Origin: Callorhinchus milii
Taxonomy: Eukaryota
Direction: 5' to 3'
Length of the DNA: 64,000 nucleotides
NCBI RefSeq assembly: GCF_018977255.1
Contig: NW_024704742.1
Location: 7,814,001-7,878,000 of the forward strand
Part shown: positions 10,829 to 22,908 of the stretch, piece after piece
Layout of the letters: each line of letters opens with the position of its first letter
Position numbering within the stretch: the first letter of the stretch is position 1
Program-made: the position numbers and the translations under genes
Notes under the pieces: model-generated
What the model was told of the DNA's origin: nothing
Database searches by the model: none
The model's input: the letters and a program-made list of their open reading frames with translations, nothing else

Positions 10829-12562
10829 GAGGACAAGGAGGCAGAGGGAGCCCTGGTCACAAATAGAGAGGATGTCGTTTGTGACCTTCACAAGCGCAGT
10901 CTCTGCACTGTGGACAGGGTGGAAACCGGACTGGAGGGGTTCGAAGAGGGAGTGGGAGGAGAGATGTGCGTGGAGTTGATTGGCAACAACACATTCTAGG
11001 ATTTTTGCGAGGAAGGGCAGATTAGAAATGATGCGGCAGTGGCTGGGGTTTGAGGGATCAAGGGAAGGTTTTTTGAGGAGGGGGGTAATGACAGCAGTTT
11101 TGAGGGGGGCAGGGACTGATCCGGAGGAGAGGGACCGGTTGATGATGGCAGCCAGTAGTGGGCAAAGGAGGGGGAGCTGGGTGACAGGAAGTTGGTGGGG
11201 TGGGGGTCGAGGCAGCAGGTGGTGGATTTCATTGAGGTGGTGGTGGGTGAGAGGGAGGAGGGAGAGATGGGGAGGAAGGAATGTAGGATGGGGGTTGTGG
11301 TAGGAGCAGATGATGGGGAGGGTGAGGGGGACAAAGAGTGCGGGTTGGTGGGTGACAAGAGGCAGGTGGATGAGGCTGCCTGGTGGATGTTGTAATTTTA
11401 GATGAAAAGAAGTCCATGACCTCTTTGCACTTGGCATTTGATACAGAGATTGAGGAGCCCTGACGGGGGGCATGGAGGAGGTAGTGGGTGTTGGGAAAAA
11501 AAGGATTTGGGGGTTTTGTTTAGCCTCCAAGATGGTGTTGGAGTAGAAGGCCGTTTTTGCACATGTAAAAGAACGACGGTAGCTGTGGAGATGCTCGAGC
11601 CACAGTTGGCGGTGGACTGTCAGGCCAGTTTTCTGCCATCTGCGCTCGAACAGACGGGTTTGGGTTTCAGGCGGCGGAGATGGTTGTTGTACCAGGGGGA
11701 TTGGGTGGGTTTGGAGATGGTCCTGGATTTCAGGGGGACGAGGGAGTTGAAGGTGGAGGAGAGGCGGTCATGGAGCAGCTGAACGGCTGCTTCAGGGTCT
11801 CCGCGGGTGCAAGGTCAGGGGGATAGGATGTTTGATGATGCGAGGGCCTTTGTGAGGGTCTCAGGGGGTAGCCTTTTCCAAGGGTGGCAGAGGATGATTG
11901 AGGGCTTGGTGGAGGAGAGAGGGATGTGAGAGGAGAAGGAGATGAGGAAGTGGTCCGAGATGGCCTTGTCCACTATGCTGAGGTCGGAAATGTCAAGGCC
12001 ATGGGTGATAATGAGGTCAAGGGCATGACCATGGTTGTGGGTAGGTGAACTTATATGAAGGGTGAGGTTTAGGTGGAGTTTAAGTGGAGGTTGAAATCAC
12101 CCATTATGAGCAGGCACTCGGAGCAGAAGGACAGGGAAGAGAGGAGAGTAGAGATGTCTATGAGGAAGGAGCCGGGGGGCTTGAGGGGGGCGGTAGACAA
12201 GGAGGATTTTCAATGGGAGAGAGGGGTGGAAGAGGGTGAGGTGCTCGAAGGAGGGGAAGCAGCTGGAGGAGTAGGGGTGTAAGACCAAGGGAGGCTTTGG
12301 AAATGAAGGCCACCCTGCCACCACGTTGGTTTGGACGGGGGTGTGGTGGAAAGTGTAGCCTGGAGGGGAGGCTTCCACTTGGAAGATGGGGTCATTGGGG
12401 GAGAGCCAGGTTTCGGTGAGCCCAAGAATGTCAAGGTGCTCGTCCAGGATGAGGTCGTGGATGGTGAGGGCTTTATTTGAGAGGGATCGGACATTTTGGA
12501 GGGAAATGCGGGTGGGTGTGCTAGAGGGAGGGGAGGGAGGAGAGGGAGGAGAGGGAGGAGAG
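10829..12562 (-). mobile_element. L2 LINE, apurinic-type endonuclease and RT N-terminal part
   Basis: ISLQNVRSLSNK..ILGLTETWL, VYRPP, GDFNLH, H.HGHALDLII, SDHFL; then KTAVITPLLKKPSLD, ISNLPFLAKILE, QSGF..HSAETAL. Confidence 0.95.
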
Positions 12563-12595
12563 AGTGATGCGAAGAGGATTTTCGGGTGTACAGGG

Positions 12596-12730
12596 GTGTT
12601 TAATGTCTCATCAGAAGGACAACACTTCCGACAACGCTCCCCTCAGCACTGCATTGGAGTGTCAGCTTAGACTGTGTGAGTTCAAAGTCCCAACATACAA
12701 GCATGAGTCTCTTGCAGTGGTAAGACTCAC
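12596..12730 (-). mobile_element. Deu-domain SINE 5' fragment
   Basis: Reverse reads ctgacactccaatgcagtgctgagggg..gtccttctgatgagacattaaa. Confidence 0.65.
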
Positions 12731-13239
12731 AGAAGTGAAGTTGCTTCTCTTTCAGAAATATAGCAGTGTGGAGTGAGTGGGAGGTTTGTTTGCTCAACAT
12801 GACTGTCAGTCGGAGCTGAAGAACATCTGCTTGTACTTTTAACATGTTACGTTAAAACTTGTCCTTTCAAAGTTCACGGGTCATATATGGAGTAGCCAGA
12901 ACAAGACTTTCGCAAGGTAAATGAGGGAGCAAATGTAGCGCGATTCACACTGCGCGAGTGCCTTCTGCCTGTTCAGGTGGGTGTTAATACAATACAGTAT
13001 GACATTTGTATAGCGCCTTTCACATCGGGAGGACGTCCCAAGGCCCGTGAAGTATGTGATTTGAAAGAGAAGGGAGTTTCTCCCCAGTCAACAGTCCTTC
13101 AGATAATTTCACCAATCACCACACAGCTACATGTGGGTCATTACTGGTCAAACGGCTGCCATGTCAAAAACAGTCACTACACTTTCACTATCTTGCTGAT
13201 TCAGTTAAGTTTAGATCCTCAGACATCATTCATAGGATG

Positions 13240-13400
13240 AACAGTGCTCTGGTCAGACTACACCTGGAGGTATATGACATAAGGAGATTACCCAGGCCTT
13301 AGAGGCAATGCAAGGAGTACAACGAGGGGTTAAAGGAATGAGTTATGAGCAACGGTTGGACAAGCTAAGGTTTTGTAATTTTGGGAAAAGGTCCCAAAGA
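13240..13400 (+). mobile_element. CR1 LINE fragment, decayed
   Basis: ALVRLHLE..; GVKGMSYEQRLDKL resembles CR1 ORF2 C-terminal motif. Confidence 0.65.
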
Positions 13401-13490
13401 CAATTCAAGCAATTGATCTACCTACTCTATGAGGTGAATTTTGCTGCGTTACAAAAACACCACAAATTTCTTTCTGTTCAAGATCTTGTG

Positions 13491-13814
13491 GAGTCCTGTA
13501 GCTCAGTGGTTAGAGCACTCGCTTTGCAAGCGAGAGACCTGAGTTCAATTCCAGGCAGAGGGCGAAATTTGGGCAAGTTTCCTTACTCCACACAGAGCCT
13601 AATAATAATCCCTCCAAAACCCAAAACAATAATAAATTGGTCATTTTCAATCTACGACTGTTTGTGGGACATTGCTGTTCGCAATTGGCTGCCGCGTTCG
13701 CCCACAAATATACAGTCAATTCACTTTACAGTGTGTTCTGTGAAGCGCTTTGGGACGTCCTCCCGACGTGAAAAACGCTATATCAAATGCAAGGATTATT
13801 ATTATTATTATTAT
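13491..13814 (+). mobile_element. tRNA-Ala-type SINE, young deleted subfamily, full length
   Basis: A box TAGCTCAGTGG, loop TTTGCAA (anticodon TGC), B-box-like AGTTCAATTCC, ccacacagagcctaataat junction, tail gggacgtcctcccgacgtg; nearly identical to 31249-31569. Confidence 0.93.
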
Positions 13815-14062
13815 CACCGACTTCTCACATCACAGCTGTGTCTCGGGACCCTACCCCGTGTGAAGGGTGCCATATGAATGCAAGTTGTTGTCGTTGTTGT
13901 CTCCTACCTAGTGGCAACCATCCTGTTTCCCTACATCCACTCAAAAACCCTTTGTAAGCAACCTTCTTTAAAAGTCTCACATGTCCACTCCGTAAGCCGT
14001 GGAATTGGTTTAATTACTTTCTCAAAGAATTCCGTGACATTCACAAAGAGTACTCTAAATCT

Positions 14063-14419
14063 TCAAAATTCATGTGGACTGCACTTTTTATCATGTATTG
14101 TCTTTTGATAAGCATTGATAGTGTTCTGGTTAACACTCTGAAGTATTCGTCCCATTACAAATGTGCAACAAATTGATGGTTGTAGACCAGTTTCTTTAAG
14201 ATGTGCAGTGGGGAAAGTTCCTGAGGACATTATACAGGATGCCAATGCAGCCTTGGAATCAATTAATAATGCAAAGTTATATTTTTGTCCAACTTGCTGG
14301 TAATTATCTAGTAATTGGTCTATAGCTAAATAGATCATGCAATCCGATCTTATTCCCAGGTTACTTGCTGTTCCAATTACAGCTAGAATATCAGTCAATG
14401 GCACATAGAATACTTTCAA
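14063..14419 (-). mobile_element. Decayed RNase H-like segment of an I/Nimb-type LINE
   Basis: FYVP...YLAIDQLL...FALLIDSKAALAS resembles the AI..AL...IFSDS.SAL motifs; recognised by eye only. Confidence 0.45.
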
Positions 14420-14649
14420 ACCAGAAATATTGTGTGATTTGATAAAAGTAGTAAGAATGTGACAATAAAAGGTCGTCTAACCCAGGGTCAAAATATCAAG
14501 TCTAAATTGCTATATGAAATATCAATGTGCAAGGTTTCATAAATGTGTCTAAAAGGTGCGAGCAATTGGGCTCAAATTCCTGTCGGCATTGCGCAGGGCA
14601 TCTTATTTAGTGACCGACATTCTTAAGGTGTGATGCCAACTGTAATTTA

Positions 14650-14855
14650 AGGTCAAATGTTGTGAAATGTATTTTTATACAGAGTGGTTAGGGCATGGTT
14701 TGCCCTCCCAGGCATTGTGGTTGAAGCAGAATCCCTTTCAGAAAGGAAACTAGATATCTAAAAAAGAAGTAAATTGCAGAGGTATGGGGTGAAGGCAGGA
14801 AGAACAGGTCTTCTCTTTAAAAGAACCAGCACAGAATGATGGGCTGAATGGCCTT
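14650..14855 (+). mobile_element. CR1 3' fragment
   Basis: tttttatacagagtggttagggcatgg..ctccca..gtggttgaagcaga..gatgggctgaatggcct. Confidence 0.7.
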
Positions 14856-15129
14856 GACTTCATAGCTGTTTGTGGGATATTGCTATGCTCAAATTGGCTG
14901 CCATGTTTGCCTACAAAATACACAGTCACTACACTTCACAAGAAATCCTGTGGAGAGCTTCGAAATATTCTCCTAACATGAAAGGTGGTGTATCAAAAGC
15001 AAGGATTACTATAATAAAGGGTCTTGTAGTTCCAATGCTGTTGCGTTCAGTGTGATTTCTTTCCAATAAAATACATTTAAGAAATATATAATGTCTGATC
15101 ATTTTTCATTCTAATTGAGACTCCTAATC

Positions 15130-15400
15130 TGGGAAGAAAACCCAGTGTATCTCCCGTGCCACAGAAGTATATTCCTATTGATAGGGTCTCTTTTTGATGT
15201 GGTGATGTATCTGATGGATTGCCTCTGTTTAAGAGTGTGCGACTGGTTCCAAAGTTGCTAATGATGTGGATTAAGCATTTAACACCCTGAGCATCTGCAC
15301 CCAAACTCTGAATCAGTCACAGCGATGATCTATCAGAGAGATTACTATCCCCAACCAGCAATGCAACTCTATATTCATTGGCAGACAAGCTTGTCAAGTT
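15130..15400 (-). mobile_element. Decayed post-RT segment of an I/Nimb-type LINE
   Basis: Across frames: CIAGWG, EFGC, STSLATLE, QSIRYIT..RDPI, compare L.G..WG..LDYGC..SL..L..Q.LR..TG....PI. Confidence 0.4.
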
Positions 15401-15684
15401 GACTCCTTGTTGAAATAATGATGCATAAATTAAATTGAAGTCGATGTAGGTCATGCATATTTATGAAACGTAGTCGCAAGAAACGGAGACGATTCTGTTG
15501 CACTTCTTTTCGTCGTATTTCTTGATGGAATTCTCAATTAAGAACTTCTTAATTAAAAAATCCAGAGGTCTATGATCGACACGCGGGAACACTGCTCCAA
15601 ATCCAGTTATTTTTGGAGGCCGGATTCCCTCGAGTCAGAGTGACGTGGCTGATGTACTTTTGGTTACTAGAAGGATGATAAGGA

Positions 15685-16072
15685 ATAATAATTCTTCCAC
15701 TTGTTATAACGGTTTTCGCATCAGAAGGACATCTCAAAGCGCTTCACGGGATTTACTGTAATGTGTTGTGACTGGGTATTTTGTAGGTAAACGAGGCAGC
15801 CTGTTTGCACGCAGCAATATCCTACAGTCATGAAATGAATGATCAATTTTTTCCCCGGGGTTTGTTGGCCAGGGCATCAGGAGAAACTCCCTGCTCTTTT
15901 TGAATTGTACCCTGGGATCTATAACGTTTACCTGAAATAGGTAAATGGAACCTCGGTTTAATGCTCTTAACCGAAAGATGGCACATCCAGCATTGCAGCT
16001 GACCCCCACCATTGAATTGGACAGCCTAGACTGCCCCCCGTGGGATTTGAACCCACAGCCTTCTGACTCATC
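15685..16072 (-). mobile_element. Deu-domain SINE
   Basis: Reverse reads gagtcagaaggctgtgggttcaaatccc, taaaccgaggttcc, atcccagggtacaattcaaaaagagcaggg, shared tail. Confidence 0.82.
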
Positions 16073-16599
16073 TGAAATCATGAATGCACTCACTGGCAGT
16101 CGGGCTTTATGGACCCAAACCACTGCATTTTAATGGAGTCCGATTGTACTTCTTTACCCAGAGTGTAATTAACAACAAGAACAGGCTGCCAGGAAGGGTA
16201 ATTGAAGTCAGGACACTGGATTCATTTAAAAAGCAGTTTGATGCAGTCATGGGAAGACATTTGGGTGAGTATTTAGGAAGATGAGATGAAATAATAATAA
16301 TAATAGAGCTAATAATCCTTGTATTTGATTGGGAAGATGTCTTAAAGTGTTTCACAGGATATTCGGAAAAGTGTAGTGACTGTGCATTTACAGGTGAAGA
16401 CCCTTTGGTCGTTTTTGTCCAAACTTCTCTTGATCTTGTGAGTTCCCACTTGAATTGTTTACTTTGCGATGCCAAGCATTGGACTCCCCTGTGAATGATT
16501 TCCAAGCTTCCTTTCCAACTCCTATGCAAAGAGAGGGTGAAGTGAGTGGCCTGTTTCCAGGCAAACCTACTCGAGACTAAATCTTCCCTCGTCTCTGGG

Positions 16600-16748
16600 G
16601 AGATGCAGAAACCACGTAGCTTGCCATTGAAAGCACTACCTGGCAAGCTTCCCGCTGCTTGTGCACTAACTAGGATATACTCTACCCATTAAGGCTTTGG
16701 CTTGCAGGGTTAACAGGAGCTGAGAGGGAAAATCCCTGTCCAGGAACT
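16600..16748 (+). repeat. Fragment of unclassified ~650-bp repeat (continues at 18101-18200)
   Basis: accacgtagcttgccattgaaagcact..ctacccattaaggctttggcttgcagggttaacagga matches 51870-52160 and reverse of 45480-46115. Confidence 0.75.
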
Positions 16749-16859
16749 GGTCTGAGACGCTACCCTGCATGACAATAACAATAACAACAAATGACATTTG
16801 TATAGCGTTTTTCACGTTGGGAGGACATCCCAAGGTGCTGCAAGTTGTTGTTGTTGGTG

Positions 16860-18100
16860 GTGGTCTGTCCCTGCAAGTCCTGCAAAATCAGGCTGGGTTA
16901 ACTCCCGAACTGCCTCCTAATCATGAACCTCACCCTGGTACACCAGCCACCTCCGCTCCCTCAAGGGTCAGGTGCGGGCCGCAGAATGCACTTGGCTCAA
17001 GTCTGGTCCACCGGCAGATCTAGCTGGAGCACATCAAAAGGTACAGTCTTGTGTGGTGTTCCTCAGGGCTCTATCCTCGTTCCCCTCCTCTTCAACCTCT
17101 ACATGCTCCCCCTTGGTGACATCATCCGCGGACATGGGGTGAACTTCCACATGACACCCAACTCTATCTCTCTGCCTCCACCCTCGATTCCAGGACAACT
17201 GATGTCCTGACAGACTGTCTGTCTGACATCAAGTCCTGGATGAGAGCCAACTTTCTACAGCTGTATGTCAGCAAAACTGAGGCCCCCCCTGATTGGCTCA
17301 CGCCAGAGCCTCAGCACCTCAGACACTGGGAGCATCAGCATCTACGGTTGCACACTCCACCTCACGAAGCCAGTTAGGAACCTGGGCATCTTGTTCGACC
17401 CTCGACTGTCCTTTCACCCCCATATCCGTGCCATGACCCGCTCTGCCTTCCCCCATCTCCCCAACATTGCCCGACTCTACCACTGCCTCACCCCTCAGGC
17501 CGCTGAAACCCTCATACACAAATTTGTCACCTCAGGGCTCGACTACAGAAACTCCATCCTGTCGGCCTTCCCAATTCTTCCCACAAGCTGCAGATCATCC
17601 AGAACTCTGAAGCAAGTGTCCTCTCCTGCACCAGGCTCCATAAGCCATCAGCCCCACCCTCGCCCGGCTCCACTGGCTCCCCATCCCTCAGAGGATAGAA
17701 TCCAAAATGTTTGTCCTCACCTTCAAAGCCCTCCAAGGCCTTGCCCCTCCTACATCTCTGATCTGCTGATCCCCCCTATCAACCTCTCCTCTCAGCAGGC
17801 CTGTTCCACGTCTCCCGCTTAACCCGCCTACCATCGGTGACCGGGCTTTCAGCCTCTCTGTGGCCACTCTTTGGAACTCCATTGCTGCCTCTCTTGCTTC
17901 CTTCAAGGCACGACTCAAGACCCTCCTTTTGTCCACGCCTTCAGCCGCCCTCCTACACCTCTGCCCTCCCTCATCCCAACCCTGCCCCCCCCCTCCCCCA
18001 CGTTCGGGTCCTGATCCCTGACTGTTCACCTTGGGAGGTCCTCGCGAAGTGAAAAACGCTTTACAAATGTAATTTTGTTGTTGTTGTTGTTGTTGTTGTT
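16860..18100 (+). mobile_element. L2 LINE 3' ~1.2 kb, frameshifted
   Basis: [42 protein letters not shown], stem-loop and (GTT)n at 18075-18099. Confidence 0.93.
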
Positions 18101-19105
18101 TACCTGTCATGTGGCTCTGGAGTTTTGCAGATCCACCTGGCTCAAGAACCAGACAATTGAGACCGCCAGAGAAGGTTGACTTGATTGTGATCGTGCTCAA
18201 ATGAGTAGCATTGTTGTATCATTAACGAGGAAATCAGAACTCAATAACCATATATTGCATTTTTAAAGTGTATTAAACTACATTAAAGCAGCAACCAAAA
18301 TGTGAAAATACCCTAAACTCTAACCCTGAACAATAGGAAACCAGCAAAATGCATAAATTAATATAAAAATTGGATTTTGTTTTGTAGTTAATGGACTTCT
18401 CTTGAGGCCTGGAAAAGGATGGCTCGACTCTTTCGGCGAGGATATGTGGAGGGTGTATCAGATGCTGGCATGGCAGCCTGGCCTCATTGACTCTGGTAAG
18501 GATCTTCCAAACATGTGTGTATCCTATTGCAGTCAGATCACAAATTATTAATACAAACGTGAAGCAATAGAGGTACCTACAGATTGGTTAAAGCTCATCA
18601 GTTAATGTTTCAAGAGTATTTACCCAGAAATTGGCACAGCTCTGAAATCACATGTGGGTTTCATTCAAAGTGACAGCAAACAACGCCGACTAGGGTTGAA
18701 TTTATAAGAGGGATTCTCTTAATCAATCTGACTTGCAATGAGATGGCCATGTGTCATTCTTTCCAATGTTATAACACCTAATCACCTAATGTCAAAGTTA
18801 TGGAGCAAGTAGTACACCAAGGAACATCCAACACTGGATGGCTCACAGTTTTAAAATATTGAAAGACAGTTCAAGCTCCACTGAAGACTGATACCCTGCC
18901 TGATGCAACACATGGTTTGGAAACCTGATGTGCATTTATTGATTGAGTTTCATGCCATTTGGTAACTTGTCGTTCTTTAGTTCTAAATTTCAGGCCGAAA
19001 CTGCTGGCATGCAAATAACATGTGAATGAACTTTAAACATCTAACCTGTGGTGGAGTCCGGAGTTTTTTGCTGTCAAATCAGTTGAAAATCGGGAGCATT
19101 TTCAG

Positions 19106-19508
19106 GTGTCCTGTAGCTCAGTCGTTAGAGTACTCGCCTCCCAAGCGAGAGACCTGGGTTTGATTCCCGACAGGGCGAAACGTTGGGCAAGTTTCCTTAC
19201 TTCACACGCCTCTGTTTACCTAGCAGTAAGTAGGAACCCGTTTGTTAGTCGATTGGTGGATCACTTTTCTGGGGATAATGATAATCCCTTCAAAAAATAA
19301 ATAAATATAATAAGATAAACAATTTTAGACACTCAATTTACGAATGTTCGAGGGACACTGCTGTGCGCAATTGGCTGCCACGTTTCACCCACAAAATACA
19401 GAGTCAATTCACTTTACAGTGTATTCTGTGAAGCGCTTTGAGACATCTGGAATACATGATAAGGTGCTATAGCAAACGCAAGGATTATTATTATTATTAT
19501 TATTATTA
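19106..19508 (+). mobile_element. Full-length tRNA-Ala-type SINE, long subfamily
   Basis: Head, body and (ATT)n as 861-1232. Confidence 0.92.
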
Positions 19509-20516
19509 CCATAAGGCAAGAATCAATATATAGTAAGACAATTGGGACTTGTGTCCAGGCTGTTTGGATGTGTCAACCAGACTTAGCTGGTAGCACTCTC
19601 GCCTCTAACTCAAAATGTTGTGGCTTCAAGCTTCTTGTCAGGACTTTGAAATCACAGTCTGATTTGACACTCCAGGAGTGATGGATTGAATAAAGACGCT
19701 AAACCGTCTGACATGTTTTCTTATAAACCCCCAATCACTACACGTGACAGCAATTATCTGTAAAATTTGCTTTCAGATATTTCAACGTTAGAGGCACTGC
19801 ATCAGATGCAAGGATCAGGATTATTATAGGATGACCTTGAGAGAGGTGAAACTATCTCCACAACTCAGTTCAGGGCAAAAAAAAAGGAACAACCTTCAAA
19901 TGTAGCCTCCTATTATTTATCCACGTTGGAAATTAATTTCCTTGAAAATTATTTCTGTTTCATTCTACTTCCTTTTTGGGTGGTGATGTAGGCATTTCTT
20001 GTCATTGTTTTGTTTCGCCAACAAAATATAGAGTTAATTCACTTTACAGTATATTCCGTAAAGCGCTTTGAGACATCTCAAAAACATGATAAGGCGCTGC
20101 ATCAAGTGCAAGGATTATTATTATTATTATCTGGGTGAGTCTAATTTCCTTCTGCTGTATGTTATTTTTTGTGTTGCTTTAGTTTACGGAAATTTCCCTC
20201 TCTCCCCAGGATGCATGTTAATTCTGTTTTCCTGTTTAATTGTCATTATTTCACTTAGGAGTTGTTAATTACAGTTCCCCGACTCCATGGGGAGTGCAAT
20301 CTCGAGCAGAGTAGCTACATTCCAGCACTCTTGGCTGAACATTTATAATTGCAGTAAAAGTATATTGATTCATTAATTCGGTTCTATCCTCATTTGTTTT
20401 GACTGACTTTGGTTCATGGTCTGGGTTGCAGACAAAGTAATTAATCTGTACAAATGGTGAGGTTTTAACATCTGTATTGAATTAGGTTTAACAGGAGTGC
20501 AAACACCCCTCATGGT

Positions 20517-20625
20517 ATATACAGTCAATTCACTTTACAGTGTGTTCTGTGAAGTGCTTTGGGACGTCCTCCCGACATGAAAAGCGCTATATCAAATGCA
20601 AGAATTATTATTATTATTATTATTA
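20517..20625 (+). mobile_element. 3' tail of the young SINE subfamily
   Basis: cagtgtgttctgtgaagtgctttgggacgtcctcccgacatgaaaagcgct..(att)n. Confidence 0.85.
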
Positions 20626-20881
20626 TGAACCTGGCCTCTCATTCTTCCAAAGACAGAGGTGGGCAATATCCATAGGAGCCAGAACAGGTGGACAGAAGGA
20701 GATATTCTCCCTGACATTGAGGTGCCAATGGTAGCAGATACAGTCCAGGTCCCTTTATTTGGCAGATGTATATAGACGTCTGCATTCACTTCAGCACTAA
20801 TGGAATGTGTAATTATGCTCCCAATTAAAAGCACTTAGCAAAGACTTCAATGTTTTTTCTCATTCTGACTCTAACTTTCGC

Positions 20882-21178
20882 ATCAGTCTGGCTCTGGTGA
20901 TAGCACGCTTGCCTCTGAGGCAGAGGTCGTTTGGATGAACTGTTAAAACTGAGGTCCCATCTGCCTTTCGAGCAGACGATAAAAATCTCACAGCACAATT
21001 TAAATAGAGAAGGGAGTTTCTCCTGGTTTCCTGATAACCATCTCCCATTGTTGATCATGGCTGTTTGTGGGAAATGCTATGTGTTAATTGGAATCTGAGT
21101 TCGCCTCCAAAATACACAGTCACTACACTTCACAATCAATCCTGTGAAGGGCACTTTGAGACATCCTCCCAATATGAA
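20882..21178 (+). mobile_element. Deu-domain SINE, internally deleted
   Basis: Head gatagcacgcttgcctctgaggcaga, taaaactgaggtcccatctgcc core, shared 3' half. Confidence 0.75.
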
Positions 21179-21687
21179 GTACTGGAGTGTGTGCCTTGAC
21201 AGTGAGCTTAAAGTCCCAATGTGGGCCATTTGCAACGTCATTCTATAATTCACAATTTTATCCCCTCGAGGGGAAACACTGATTCATTTAATTAATGTAA
21301 CAAAGTAAATGTGTGTTGGGTCATTTATAAATTTTATCTGCTCCCTTCCATCTATCTACAGTTTAATATAATTTTGTTTGTAATCTAAATTCCATTTGTC
21401 TTCATTCGTAAACTTAGCTAACGGAGCAGGATCGCTGAGTACATGGCAATAAATGTAGTGAACAGAGCAGATTAATCCCCAAAATAAGGCTTGTAGACTG
21501 TTGTGGAAGTTACACCCATACTCTGTAACATTGGGTGTTTAACCAATTAAAACTGAGCAAAGCATCAGTAACCCTCCGACAGATTGTCAGTGAGGATCAA
21601 CCTACCCATTAAGACTTTGGATTGCAGGGTTATCTGAATGCTGAATGGGAAGAATCCCAGTCCCCAGGTACCTGTCTGCTCCTCTAG

Positions 21688-21920
21688 GACACCAGGAGAA
21701 ACTCCCTTCTCTTTTCAGACGGTATTGTGGGTTCATTCACCTGAACAGGCAGATGAGACCTCAGTTTGACATCCCATCAAGGGATGGCACTTCTAACAAT
21801 ACAGCACTTTTCCATTGCCCTGACAGCCTAGAGTACAAGCTCAAGTTCCCTGTCACAGGATTACTACCCACAACCTTCTGACACAGAGGCAAGAACGCTA
21901 CCAATGGAGCCAGGCTGACA
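21688..21920 (-). mobile_element. Deu-domain SINE 5' half
   Basis: Reverse begins gtcagcctggctccattggtagcgttcttgcctctgtgtcagaaggttgtgggt. Confidence 0.78.
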
Positions 21921-22908
21921 CGAGGTCCAAAGGCTTGCAGAAATCAATGAACATAGTGTAGCTGGGTTTCCCCCGAGCCTTTCGTGGAATTTTGTTTCAG
22001 AAATTTACAGCATGAAAGAAGGCCATTCGGTCCATTGTGTCAATCATACTGAGAACATCACGCTGAGGTTTCATATGATCAAACACCTGCCCCACACATT
22101 CAGCACATTATTGAAATCCAGTCTGTAATATGATAATATAATAATCATTGCATTTGATATAGCGCCTTATCATGTCACCGAGACATCTCAAAGCGCTTCA
22201 CTGGAACGCACAGTACAGTTGTGTGACGGTGTATTTTCTGTTCCTTCCTGACTACATCCACCACCCCCACCCCCGCTCAGGTCCTAATCCCTAATCCCTG
22301 ACTGTTCGGTGTCTTGGGACGTCCTCCCGATTTAAAAGACACTTGACAAATGTGATTTTGTATTGTATTGTACACCATGGACATCCAATGTATCTGATAT
22401 AACTGCAATAATGACTCAAAGCATCGCCTTTATGCCCACTGATATCTCAAATTCCTCAGTCGTTCTTGGTCTCAGTAGGGACTGCTAGATACCACAATTA
22501 CCCTCTGCCATACTGATGGTGTGCACGTGTCTCACACAGGAACCCTTTGACCGTTTTTAGAAGGTTAGCTCCCTGGAGCAGTCAATGATAATAATATTAT
22601 TAATAATAATAATCCTTGCATTTGATATAGCGCCTTATCACGCCTTCAAGTGTAAAGTGTAGTGACCGAGTATTTTGTGGGCAAAATGCGGCAGCCAATT
22701 GCGCACAACAGTGTCCCACAAACAGTCGTGGTTTGAATGGTTTGTGGCAGTGATCTGTAATACCAGATTACAACAGTGAACTCTGTTGTAATTAGAAAAC
22801 TCATGACAGCATTCAGTTTTAGTGGGATGAACCAAGTTAGAGCAGCTTAAGCAGTGTGACCAGACCCGAGACAATGAGGCCTGAAATTCCACCTCGTCTT
22901 AACCTGTA

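Noticed and set aside
10742..11530. 262-aa ORF as a protein-coding gene
   Set aside because: Frameshifted L2 ORF2 running into the reverse tail of an inserted L2.
13308..13877. 189-aa ORF
   Set aside because: Chance read-through of a CR1 relic, a SINE and an L2 tail; the YYYYY run is the (ATT)n tail.
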